This document shows positions 1 through 7,497 of a stretch of DNA of 32,000 nucleotides, piece after piece. Source of the stretch: Pseudodesulfovibrio mercurii (GTDB taxonomy: Bacteria > Desulfobacterota > Desulfovibrionia > Desulfovibrionales > Desulfovibrionaceae); assembly GCF_000189295.2 (NCBI RefSeq), contig NC_016803.1, positions 750,001-782,000 of the forward strand. The letters are read 5' to 3'. Positions within the stretch are counted from its first letter, which is position 1, and each line of letters starts with the position of its first letter. A program made the position numbers and the translations under genes. The notes under the pieces were generated by a model. It saw only the letters and a program-made list of their open reading frames with translations, made no database searches and was not told the DNA's origin.

Positions 1-584
1 GGGCGCATGAACTCGATGCCGCCGCCGGACACGATGAAGGTCTTGAAGCCGTTGGCCCGCATGTAGTCCAGCAGCTCGAGCATGGGCTGATAGACCATCC
101 CGGTGAAGAGCATCTTGGTCTGCGGGTGCCGGGCCGTGGCGATCCACTCCCGGACCAGGGCCTCGAACTCGTCAGTGGTCATGCCCGCGTGGGTGGCCAT
201 GACCACTTCGAGCAGGGCCTTCATCCCGCCCTTCTCCACGCCCTTCATATCACCTTTGAGCAGCGATGCGAAGGGCTCCTGCGTCTTCCATTCCGGATGA
301 TCCGGAGCGAGCTGCCGGACCCGGTCCAGGGCGAAGAACAGCTGGGCGTAGAGGGGTTTTTCCGCCCACAGGGTGCCGTCGTTGTCGAAGGTCGCGATCC
401 GCTCGGGGACCGGGATGAAATCCGGCCCGCCCTCAAGGGTGGTCCGGGTGACGAAATCCATGACCGCCCGTTTGGCCGGGCCGTCGTTCCAGGAAGGCAG
501 CGGGTCCGCCGCAAGGGCCGGCAGGCCGAAGGCGATGACGAAAATCAGGATGAGCAGGCTGGAGGCATATCGACGCAGGCGCAT
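1..584 (-). CDS. Secreted HAD-superfamily hydrolase (phosphatase-like). C-terminus is cut by the window edge.
   Basis: My own translation of the minus strand from ATG at 584 (this ORF is not in the track because it has no stop in the window): MRLRRYASSLLILIFVIAFGLPALAADPLPSWNDG...ATFDNDGTLWAEKP...FKTFIVSGGGIEFMR. It has a signal peptide, HAD motif I (DNDGT) and motif II (IVSGG). A GGAGAG Shine-Dalgarno lies upstream of the ATG. Confidence 0.8.
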   Translation of the reverse strand, partial: MRLRRYASSLLILIFVIAFGLPALAADPLPSWNDGPAKRAVMDFVTRTTLEGGPDFIPVPERIATFDNDGTLWAEKPLYAQLFFALDRVRQLAPDHPEWKTQEPFASLLKGDMKGVEKGGMKALLEVVMATHAGMTTDEFEALVREWIATARHPQTKMLFTGMVYQPMLELLDYMRANGFKTFIVSGGGIEFMR

Positions 585-606
585 TCTTTCTCTCCTTCGG
601 GAATGG

Positions 607-641
607 CCCGCCCCCGGAGGCCTGGGACCTCCGGGGGCGGG
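607..641 (-). terminator. GC-rich stem-loop between the sulfatase stop and the HAD gene start. It could be a terminator, attenuator or mRNA stabiliser.
   Basis: cccgcccccggagg (607-620) pairs perfectly with cctccgggggcggg (628-641), giving a 14-bp stem with a 7-nt loop. No clear U-tract follows on either strand, so its function as an intrinsic terminator is uncertain. Confidence 0.4.
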
Positions 642-667
642 TGTTCATGGTGTATCCGGTACGCTCC

Positions 668-2314
668 CTAGTTGCCCGAGGGCAGGGTCAGGCTGATGCC
701 GTCCTTCGCAAGGGAGTCGCGAATGTACTTGAAGTGCTGATACTTGGTCAGCGTAATGGGACCGGTGTAGGTCTCGCTCTGCAGCTTGCGCGGAGGATAC
801 TGCACGTAGGTCTTCATCAGTTCCTGGATCGCCGCGTTGATGGTCACCACGGTCCAGGTCCGTTCGGTGTAGTTGTTCATGAAGATGTCGTAGCGTTCCT
901 GCGGATCCGCCCAGAGGTCGAAGATCTGCGGGATGGTAGCGACATACTTGCTCTGGCCCTTCCAACCGAGGTTGGAGTCCACGGCCAGTCCGCCGGTGGC
1001 CTGGCCGTTGTCGCCGCGCAGGTTGAACACGGCCTTGTAGTTGCCGACGCGGGCCGCGCCGGGGGTCAGCTCGTCCTCGGTGAAGTAGAACCAGCTGGTG
1101 CGGGCGCACTTGCCCTTGCCGAACAGGACCGGGGACATGTCATAGCTGTCGAAGATGATCGGCTCTCCGGCACGGTCCTTGGCGGGCAGCTTCACGCCCG
1201 CGACGGAGGCGAAGGTGGCCATGAAGTCCAGGCCGCCGACGATGTCGCTGTTGCGCACGCCGGCCTTGATCTTGCCGGGCATCCAGGCGATGGCGGGAAC
1301 GCGGTTGCCGCCTTCACGCACGGTGCCCTTGGTGCCGCGGAACGGGGTGTAGCCCGCATCGGGGTACACGTCCTGCCAGGCGCCGTTGTCCGTGGTCCAG
1401 AAGACCAGGGTGTTCTTGTCCAGGCCGAGCTTGCGCAGCTTGTCCATGATGCGGCCGACACGGGTGTCGAGCTCGACGATGGAGTCCGCATACTTGGACT
1501 TGGACATCGACTTGTGCTCGAACTCCGGGGCCGGCATGTTCGGCTGGTGAACCTTCATGAAGTTCACGTTGATGAAGAAGGGCTTGCCCTCCTTGGCGTC
1601 CTTGGCGCCCTGCTCCAGGAACTCCAGGGCCGCCTTTTCCACGTAGCTGTCCAGGAAGGGAATGCCGACCACGCCCTTTTCCGGGGTGTTCACGTATTCG
1701 CCGTTGACCGTCCAGTCCTGCTTGGCCTTTTCCCCGGCCTTGCCGGACAGGGAGCCCTTGGTCACCTTCTGGAACATTTCCCGCAGCTTGGGATCCATGT
1801 CCGGGAACCACTTGGGATCGCCGTAGGTGTAGGCGTTGAGGTGGTAGAGGAAGCAGTACTTCATGTCGTCGTAGCCCTGGGCGTTGGGCAGGGCGTAGTC
1901 GTCCTCGCCCAGGTGCCACTTGCCGGTGAAGTAGGTGGCGTAGCCGGCCTGTTTGAGGACCGAGGCCAGCGTCCACTCGGCCGCGGGCAGGCCGCCGCCC
2001 TGGCCCTGGAAGGCCACGGTGGTCATGCCGCTGCGGTTGGGGATGCGCCCGGTCTGCATGGCGGCCCGGCCCGGCGTGCAGCTGGGCTGGGCGTAGAACG
2101 AGAAGAAGGTCATGCCCTCGTCCGCCAGTTTGTCGAAGTTGGGCGTGGGCATGCCGCGCCCCTCGCCGCCGCCGTACACGCCGAGATCGCCGAAACCGGT
2201 GTCGTCGGACACGATCAGGACGATGTTCGGCCTGCTCGCCGCCGAGGCGATGACGGCCAGGCACAGGATCAATGCGGCCGCAATGGCCGGGACATACAAA
2301 ATCCGTCGTTTCAT
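668..2314 (-). CDS. Cys-type arylsulfatase (formylglycine-dependent sulfatase family), secreted.
   Basis: Track ORF 668..2449, trimmed to ATG 2314, which is preceded by GGAGGG. Signal peptide MKRRILYVPAIAAALILCLAVIASAA. Family signatures: PNIVLIVSDDTGFGDLG, the sulfatase motif SCTPGRAAMQTGR (C-x-P-x-R), and GKWHLG. Confidence 0.93.
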   Translation of the reverse strand: MKRRILYVPAIAAALILCLAVIASAASRPNIVLIVSDDTGFGDLGVYGGGEGRGMPTPNFDKLADEGMTFFSFYAQPSCTPGRAAMQTGRIPNRSGMTTVAFQGQGGGLPAAEWTLASVLKQAGYATYFTGKWHLGEDDYALPNAQGYDDMKYCFLYHLNAYTYGDPKWFPDMDPKLREMFQKVTKGSLSGKAGEKAKQDWTVNGEYVNTPEKGVVGIPFLDSYVEKAALEFLEQGAKDAKEGKPFFINVNFMKVHQPNMPAPEFEHKSMSKSKYADSIVELDTRVGRIMDKLRKLGLDKNTLVFWTTDNGAWQDVYPDAGYTPFRGTKGTVREGGNRVPAIAWMPGKIKAGVRNSDIVGGLDFMATFASVAGVKLPAKDRAGEPIIFDSYDMSPVLFGKGKCARTSWFYFTEDELTPGAARVGNYKAVFNLRGDNGQATGGLAVDSNLGWKGQSKYVATIPQIFDLWADPQERYDIFMNNYTERTWTVVTINAAIQELMKTYVQYPPRKLQSETYTGPITLTKYQHFKYIRDSLAKDGISLTLPSGN

Positions 2315-2516
2315 GAGTGGAACCCTCCTCTGGGTTATACCGCCATCCTGGGCGATGGTAATGGACCTGCCGTTTGAACACCACACCAAACTGCGGACCC
2401 AGCAGCTCGGCCTTTCCATCCGCCCGTCCTTGCATATCGACCCGCTCATAAAGCTGGTCTATTCTATTTCCTAGGCAGCCCTCCAGAATTTGTCCAATGC
2501 AATTTAATTACATTCC

Positions 2517-2533
2517 GATAATATTTTGTTATC
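2517..2533. promoter_or_regulatory. Candidate LysR-type box (T-N11-A within an inverted repeat) in the divergent sulfatase/LysR promoter region.
   Basis: gataatattttgttatc is GATAA-N7-TTATC and contains T-N11-A. It lies in an AT-rich intergenic stretch about 90 nt upstream of the LysR start codon. Confidence 0.35.
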
Positions 2534-2620
2534 AGAAATGGAAATGTAACACACCAGAAGGTATTCCGCCCAACCGCCACGGGACGACCCGCTCATCAAA
2601 CTCCATTAAAAATCAAAATC

Positions 2621-3547
2621 ATGAACATCACTCTCAGACACATCGAACAAATCGACGCCCTGGCCAAGCACGGCAATTTCCGTCTGGCCGCCGAAAAGCT
2701 CTGCATCTCCCAACCGGCCCTGTCCCGCTCCATCCTCACCCTGGAGGACAAGCTCGGAGTCCGGCTGTTCGACCGCTTGCGGGGCAAGCTGCTGCCGACC
2801 CGCTATGGCGCCCTGATCCTCCAGCGTGGAGAAAGGCTGCTCAACGACATCGACCTGCTGCACCGCGACATCGCCCTGCTCAAGGGAGGCGAGAAAGGCG
2901 AGATCAACGTGGGCTGCGGACCGTTTCCGGCCGAACTCCTGGCGGGCGATGCCATCGGCCGGTTCAACAAATTGTTTCCGAAGATGACGGTCAAGCTGAC
3001 CGTGGACTATGCGCCGAGGCTGACCGAGTTGTTGCGCAAACGCGTGCTCGATTTCTTCGTGGGCGAATCCCAGGAGGTGAAGGACGTGCCCGAATTCGAG
3101 ATCGTCGGTCTGCCTCCGGAGGAGCTGTTCTACTGCGTCCGCAAGGGCCATCCGCTGGCCGCCCTGGAGAACCCGACCCCCGAGGACTTCAACGCCTATC
3201 CCCTGGCGGCCATGTGGACGCCGGAACGCATCCTGAACCTGTTTAGCAAACTCCTCGGGCGCGAGATCCGGTCATTGGAGGACTTCGGCACGGGTCTGAT
3301 CCAGTGCGACAGCGCCACCACCCTGCTGCGGATGGTGGCCAGCAGCGACGCCTTCACCATGACCACCCGTCAGGTACTCAACAAATTGTCGTCAAAGGAC
3401 GAACTGTACCTGTCCCCCAAGCCGAGACTGGACCTGTGGACAGACTACTCCATCGTCCGCCTGAGCGGCTGCTCCGTCTTCGACGCGCTGCAAACGTTGC
3501 AGGACGTATTCCTGGACGTGGCCGAGGAACTGAAGGAACGGGACTGA
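2621..3547 (+). CDS. LysR-family transcriptional regulator.
   Basis: The N-terminal wHTH LRHIEQIDALAKHGNFRLAAEKLCISQPALSRSILTLEDKLGVRLFDR is typical of LysR regulators. The 308-aa length includes a substrate-binding domain. It is divergent from the sulfatase gene, the classic LysR arrangement. Confidence 0.92.
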   Translation: MNITLRHIEQIDALAKHGNFRLAAEKLCISQPALSRSILTLEDKLGVRLFDRLRGKLLPTRYGALILQRGERLLNDIDLLHRDIALLKGGEKGEINVGCGPFPAELLAGDAIGRFNKLFPKMTVKLTVDYAPRLTELLRKRVLDFFVGESQEVKDVPEFEIVGLPPEELFYCVRKGHPLAALENPTPEDFNAYPLAAMWTPERILNLFSKLLGREIRSLEDFGTGLIQCDSATTLLRMVASSDAFTMTTRQVLNKLSSKDELYLSPKPRLDLWTDYSIVRLSGCSVFDALQTLQDVFLDVAEELKERD

Positions 3548-3566
3548 CCGCCGCCCGGCTCCCGGC

Positions 3567-4532
3567 CTAGTTCCCGAACAGCGGCTCCTTGATCAGCGAA
3601 TCGATGACCGGGGTGAGCTGGATGCGGAACATGGCCTGCTGGCCGAAGTCGTCGGGCTTGACCACGGAGTATTCGAACCCGGCCTTGATGTTCACCGGCG
3701 AGCCGCCCATGCGCACGGTCTTGCCCACGAACAGCCCCACGGGCACGGTCCAGCGATTGCCTTCGGACGCGGTGTGGTCATAGGTGATGGTCGGGTTCAT
3801 GCCGATCTGCCAGGCGTCGGGCAGATTGAAGGTCAGCACGTACAGCAGACTGCCCCTGTTCAGATCGGGTTTCCTTCCCTGCCCGGCCGAGGCCACCTTC
3901 CAGAAATAGTTGGGAAAGAGCGCGGCGGTGAACAACTTGTTCTTGTAGCCGAGCACGACCGCCGGACCCAACCCCCACTGATCCTCGCCCAGGACGTCGT
4001 CCGTTGCCGTGGGCAGAAGGGCCACGGGTCCGGCCCCGATTATCAGGTTCGACCCCGTCACGGTTTCCGGGGGGGAATACAGGACCGGCAGCTGGATGTC
4101 CCCTATGCCGCCCACCTGGCGCGTGTCGCCCCCGCTCGTGGGCACGGGCTGGCTGAAGACGATGGGCACCACGGGCCGGGTGACCAGCTTGGCCTGGTTG
4201 TCGCCGGTCCCGTAGAGCGGGATGGGCATAATCGGCTGGAAATTCACCCCGACCCCGTACTTGGGACCGTCCTCGACCTCGGTGCCGTTGAAGAACTGCA
4301 ACGGGTGAATGTCGAAATTGAGCGCCCACAGGCTGCCCAGGGGGTTGGCGAGCTTGGCTCCGGCCTCGGCCAGGGCGTTGGTATCCGGCACCGAGGCTGC
4401 CGCACCGCCCTCCGCCCGGACCGGTCCGGCGAGGCAGACCGATACGGCCAGCCAGACGACAAAAACAAAGGTGGAGCACGCGATTGCACGCGCTCCACCC
4501 GGTCCGCTCCAAACAGGCAAGAAGGTCTTCAT
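3567..4532 (-). CDS. Putative outer-membrane beta-barrel or secreted beta-rich protein of unknown function.
   Basis: Track ORF 3567..4571, trimmed to ATG 4532, which is preceded by GAGGGAGGG. Long signal peptide ending in VRAEG. Repeated alternating hydrophobic strands are present (GVGVNFQPIMPIPL, GLGPAVVLGYKNKLFTAALFPNYFW, LLYVLTFNLPDAWQIGMNPTITYD, VNIKAGFEYSVV). The family was not recognised with certainty. Confidence 0.75.
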   Translation of the reverse strand: MKTFLPVWSGPGGARAIACSTFVFVVWLAVSVCLAGPVRAEGGAAASVPDTNALAEAGAKLANPLGSLWALNFDIHPLQFFNGTEVEDGPKYGVGVNFQPIMPIPLYGTGDNQAKLVTRPVVPIVFSQPVPTSGGDTRQVGGIGDIQLPVLYSPPETVTGSNLIIGAGPVALLPTATDDVLGEDQWGLGPAVVLGYKNKLFTAALFPNYFWKVASAGQGRKPDLNRGSLLYVLTFNLPDAWQIGMNPTITYDHTASEGNRWTVPVGLFVGKTVRMGGSPVNIKAGFEYSVVKPDDFGQQAMFRIQLTPVIDSLIKEPLFGN

Positions 4533-4562
4533 CAACGGCCCTCCCTCGGCATCCATGCGATT

Positions 4563-4610
4563 GATAACCAAAAATTTACTTCATTAGCTAAAAGTATCCT
4601 TTTTGTTATC
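4563..4610. promoter_or_regulatory. Inverted repeat GATAACCAAAAA ... TTTTTGTTATC upstream of the outer-membrane protein gene. It shares TTTTGTTATC with the LysR box at 2524-2533.
   Basis: gataaccaaaaa starts at 4563 and tttttgttatc spans 4600-4610. The 10-mer ttttgttatc is identical to 2524-2533. Confidence 0.3.
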
Positions 4611-4622
4611 GCAAAATGTCAA
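4593..4622 (-). promoter_or_regulatory. Sigma70-like promoter candidate for the outer-membrane protein gene.
   Basis: On the minus strand: TTGACA (4622-4617), an 18-nt spacer, then GATACT (4598-4593). This is about 60 nt upstream of ATG 4532. Confidence 0.35.
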
Positions 4623-4689
4623 GGAAATAATGGGCGGACGATACGGGGCCGTCGATGAACCCGAAAACGGGTCGCGGACCGGGCCGGGA

Positions 4690-5271
4690 TCAGGCGAAGA
4701 TCACCCGGATGGACACGTCGCCCGTCATGGTCTCGAGCCTGGCCAGGAATCCCTCGGCATCCAGCCCGTCGGCCGAGAGGATCTGCGCCTTCCGGTCGCG
4801 CAGGAACTCGGCCAGCACCCCGGCGTCCACCAGAATGCCCCGGGCCAGCAGCCCCCGTCCGGTCTCCGCGGCCAGGGTGCTGAAGACCTTCATGGACACC
4901 CGGGCCGGTGACGCCTGGGCGCGGGAATGATCCTTGATCTCGATCCCGCTGCGGAAGCTCTTGTAGAAGTTGTCCCTGCCCATGACGATACCGACCAGGC
5001 CGGGCATGGCGCTGCCCAGGCCCATGCGGTCCCCGTCCTTGATGTAGGTTCGGTCCAGGTCGTCCACCGGGCTGTTGTTCAAGAATATGGTCCGCACCGT
5101 GGAGTCGATGAATCCGTCGTCGAAACCGAGGGCATCATGCAAAAAACCGCGCACGGACGTCCCGGAAACGCCGTCCAGCGCGAATCCCTTCTGGAGAATA
5201 TAATTCCAACCCCAGGCGGCCTCCGCAACCATCGAAAGTTCCATACAACCGGGCTTACTGATCAATTTCAT
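4690..5271 (-). CDS. Uncharacterised protein. The N-terminal half is MoaD/ThiS-like (beta-grasp) and the C-terminal ~100 aa are an unknown extension.
   Basis: Track ORF 4690..5451, trimmed to ATG 5271, which is preceded by GGGAAGG. An alternative ATG is at 5241 (MELSMV...). GC3-rich codon usage contrasts with the Arg/Pro/Gly-rich shadow ORFs on the plus strand. FLNNSPVDDLDRTYIKDGDRMGLGSAMPG aligns with the neighbouring MoaD-like FINSRFSKLDNEIKDGDRVGLFPPVGGG. Confidence 0.7.
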   Translation of the reverse strand: MKLISKPGCMELSMVAEAAWGWNYILQKGFALDGVSGTSVRGFLHDALGFDDGFIDSTVRTIFLNNSPVDDLDRTYIKDGDRMGLGSAMPGLVGIVMGRDNFYKSFRSGIEIKDHSRAQASPARVSMKVFSTLAAETGRGLLARGILVDAGVLAEFLRDRKAQILSADGLDAEGFLARLETMTGDVSIRVIFA

Positions 5272-5289
5272 TTTTGCCTTCCCGCATGT

Positions 5290-5317
5290 ATTGTACTGAA
5301 ATCGAACATTATGTCGA
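5290..5317 (-). promoter_or_regulatory. Sigma70-like promoter candidate for the orphan gene at 4690-5271.
   Basis: On the minus strand: TCGACA (5317-5312), a 16-nt spacer, then TACAAT (5295-5290). The -35 element overlaps the inverted repeat at 5307-5330. Confidence 0.3.
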
Positions 5318-5330
5318 CACCAACATAGTA
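5307..5330. promoter_or_regulatory. Candidate operator CATTATGT-N8-ACATAGTA (imperfect inverted repeat) between the orphan gene and aor.
   Basis: cattatgt cgacacca acatagta: the arms match 6 of 8 as an inverted repeat. The same left arm, spacer length and a related right arm recur at 8355-8378. Confidence 0.35.
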
Positions 5331-5341
5331 TATTGTTTTTT

Positions 5342-5371
5342 TTGACATTAATTTTGAAAACAGGGTATGAG
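5342..5371 (+). promoter_or_regulatory. Sigma70-like promoter candidate for aor.
   Basis: TTGACA (5342-5347), an 18-nt spacer, then TATGAG (5366-5371). This is about 75 nt upstream of ATG 5445. Confidence 0.3.
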
Positions 5372-5444
5372 GAGACAGTTAGTCCGTTTATCGACAACGC
5401 GTCAAGCCATACGCTCAATATCAAAAAAAGCAGAGGGTGAATCA

Positions 5445-7172
5445 ATGTCAAGAATTCTGAGAATCAACTGTCGGACGAAGGAATACACCTTTGAGGATGA
5501 CGGCCCCTACGCCGGGCTCGGCGGTCGCGCCCTGACTTCCAGGGTGATCAACAAAGAGGTCCCGGCCACCTGTCATCCCCTGTCGGCCGAGAACAAGCTG
5601 GTCTTCGCCACCGGCCTGATGGGCGGCTCCACCGCGGCCAACTCCGGCCGTCTGTCCGTGGGCGCCAAGTCCCCCCTGACCGGCGGCATCAAGGAGTCCA
5701 ACTCCGGCGGCCTGTTCGCCCACAAGATGCCCAAGATGGGCCTCAAGGCCATCATCCTCGAAGACAAGCCCGCCGAAGACGCGCCCTTCTCCACCCTGTT
5801 CATCACCGAGGACAAGGTTGAATTTCGCGATGCCACCGACATCGTCGGCATGGACAACTATCCCGCCCATGACAAGCTCCTGGCCCAGTACGGCGACAAG
5901 CTCGTCGCGGCCATGATCGGACCCGCCGGCGAGACCCTGCGCAAGGCCGCCACCATCCAGTTCACCGATCCGTACAAGCGGCCCGCCCGCTCTGCCGGTC
6001 GCGGCGGCACCGGCGCCGTTCTCGGCTCCAAGAAGATCAAGGCCATCGTCCTCGACCCCGAGGTCAACGAGAAGGTCTCGGCCGCCGACGCGGACGCCTT
6101 CAAGGAAGCCCGGACCACCTGGGTCTCCATCCTCAAGGGCCATCCGGTCACCTCCCAGGGCCTGCCCGCCTACGGCACCAACGTCCTGGTCAACATCATC
6201 AACGAGGCGGGCGCCATGCCCACCAAGAACTTCCGCTACGGCCAGTGCGAGCACGCCGCCGAGATCTCCGGCGAGAAGATCGCCGACCTGATCAAGGAAC
6301 GCGGCGGCAAGACCACCGAAGGCTGCCATACCGGCTGCATCATCCAGTGCTCCCAGCAGTACAACGACGCCAACGGCAACTACGTGACCTCCGGCTTTGA
6401 GTACGAGACCGTCTGGGCCCTGGGCGCCAACTCCCTGATCAAGGACATCGACGACATCGCCCTCATGGACCGCATCTGCGACGAAAAGGGCATGGACACC
6501 ATCGAGATCGGCAACACCGTGGCCGTGGCCATGGACGGCGGCATCATCCCCTGGGGTGACGGCAAGGCCGCCATCGAGCTGCTCAAGAAGGTCGGCACCA
6601 ACGATCCCCTGGGCATGATCATCGGCAACGGCGTGGACTTCGCCGGCGGCGCCTTCGGCGTGGAGCGCCTGCCCACCGTCAAGGGCCAGTCCATGCCCGC
6701 CTACGACCCGCGTGCGGTCAAGGGCGTCGGCGTGACCTACGCCACCACCCCCATGGGCGCTGACCACACCGCCGGTTACGGCGTCACCGCCAACTGCCTG
6801 GGCGTGGGCGGCTCCATCGACGGCCACAAGAAGGAAGGCAACGTCGAGCTGTCCAAGAACCTCCAGGTTGCCACCGCGGCCATCGACTCCATGGGCTTCT
6901 GCCTGTTCGTGGCCTTCGCGGTCCTGGATTCCGACAACGGCGTCCAGACCATGGCCGACCTGGTCCAGTCCTGGACCGGCAACAGCTTCTCCGTGGACGA
7001 CCTGGTCGCCCTGGGCGCTGGTGCCCTGAAGGACGAACTGGACTTCAACGAGCGCGCCGGCTTCTCCAAGATCGACGACCAGCTGCCCCGCTTCTTCGAG
7101 ACCGATCCCCTGCCGCCTCACAACGTCATCTGGGATTACACCGTGGAAGAACTCCAGGACGCCAAGGTCTAA
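5445..7172 (+). CDS. aor: Tungsten-type aldehyde:ferredoxin oxidoreductase (AOR family).
   Basis: Track ORF 5367..7172, trimmed to ATG 5445, which is preceded by GAGGGTG. MSRILRINCRTKEYTFEDDGPYAGLGGRALTSRVI is a typical AOR N-terminal domain. Also present: the Cys-rich block EGCHTGCIIQCS, GMDTIEIGN, PMGADHTAGY, and DSMGFCLF (a D-x-x-G-x-C pterin/cluster motif). Confidence 0.93.
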   Translation: MSRILRINCRTKEYTFEDDGPYAGLGGRALTSRVINKEVPATCHPLSAENKLVFATGLMGGSTAANSGRLSVGAKSPLTGGIKESNSGGLFAHKMPKMGLKAIILEDKPAEDAPFSTLFITEDKVEFRDATDIVGMDNYPAHDKLLAQYGDKLVAAMIGPAGETLRKAATIQFTDPYKRPARSAGRGGTGAVLGSKKIKAIVLDPEVNEKVSAADADAFKEARTTWVSILKGHPVTSQGLPAYGTNVLVNIINEAGAMPTKNFRYGQCEHAAEISGEKIADLIKERGGKTTEGCHTGCIIQCSQQYNDANGNYVTSGFEYETVWALGANSLIKDIDDIALMDRICDEKGMDTIEIGNTVAVAMDGGIIPWGDGKAAIELLKKVGTNDPLGMIIGNGVDFAGGAFGVERLPTVKGQSMPAYDPRAVKGVGVTYATTPMGADHTAGYGVTANCLGVGGSIDGHKKEGNVELSKNLQVATAAIDSMGFCLFVAFAVLDSDNGVQTMADLVQSWTGNSFSVDDLVALGAGALKDELDFNERAGFSKIDDQLPRFFETDPLPPHNVIWDYTVEELQDAKV

Positions 7173-7196
7173 GCAGCGCATCAAACGGAACGACAA

Positions 7197-7226
7197 GGGC
7201 CGGGGCATGTTCCCCGGCCCCTTTTT
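7197..7226 (+). terminator. Rho-independent terminator after aor.
   Basis: gggccgggg (7197-7205) pairs with ccccggccc (7212-7220) around a 6-nt loop, followed by cTTTTTat. Confidence 0.75.
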
Positions 7227-7230
7227 ATGG

Positions 7231-7259
7231 TTGACCCACGTACCCCAACCGCCTAGGTT
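7231..7259 (+). promoter_or_regulatory. Sigma70-like promoter candidate immediately upstream of the MoaD-like gene.
   Basis: TTGACC (7231-7236), a 17-nt spacer, then TAGGTT (7254-7259). The ATG is at 7266, only 6 nt after the -10, with no Shine-Dalgarno visible. Confidence 0.3.
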
Positions 7260-7265
7260 CAAATC

Positions 7266-7493
7266 ATGGGAATAGAACTCAAATGCTTTGCCACCCTGAG
7301 GGATTACCTGCCTGAAAACAGCGACGACTATCCCGTTGAACCGGGCGAGACCATCCGCTCCCTGGTGGCCAAACTCGGCATCCCGGAGAAGGACGTGACC
7401 ATCATGTTCATCAACTCCCGGTTCTCCAAACTGGACAACGAGATCAAGGACGGCGACCGCGTCGGGCTGTTCCCCCCGGTGGGCGGAGGCTAG
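7266..7493 (+). CDS. MoaD/ThiS-family ubiquitin-like sulfur-carrier protein (75 aa, C-terminal GGG).
   Basis: The size, the C-terminal ...IKDGDRVGLFPPVGGG, and the position between aor and an E1-like gene all fit this family. Confidence 0.85.
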   Translation: MGIELKCFATLRDYLPENSDDYPVEPGETIRSLVAKLGIPEKDVTIMFINSRFSKLDNEIKDGDRVGLFPPVGGG

Positions 7494-7497
7494 TCCC

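Noticed and set aside
641-2377. 578-aa ORF on the plus strand opposite the sulfatase gene. The same class includes 5448..7664(-), 9709..10488(-), 11102..12361(-), 12358..13230(-), 15769..17157(+), 19621..21606(+), 22440..24083(+), 26040..28418(+) and 28747..30009(+).
   Set aside because: All are antisense to genes with unmistakable family signatures. Their translations are low-complexity and rich in Gly, Arg, Ala, Val, His and Asp. Such long open frames are expected on the opposite strand of high-GC3 coding DNA.
3660-3690. tRNA T-arm-like string (GGTTCGAATAC on the minus strand).
   Set aside because: It lies inside the well-supported outer-membrane protein CDS. No acceptor or anticodon stems can be built around it.
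5272-5444. Moco/Wco riboswitch upstream of aor, the ModE-like gene or tupA.
   Set aside because: These leaders are short and AT-rich. They lack the GC-rich multi-stem architecture and the conserved 3' block near the ribosome-binding site that I associate with the Moco RNA motif. A cmscan with RF01055 would settle it.
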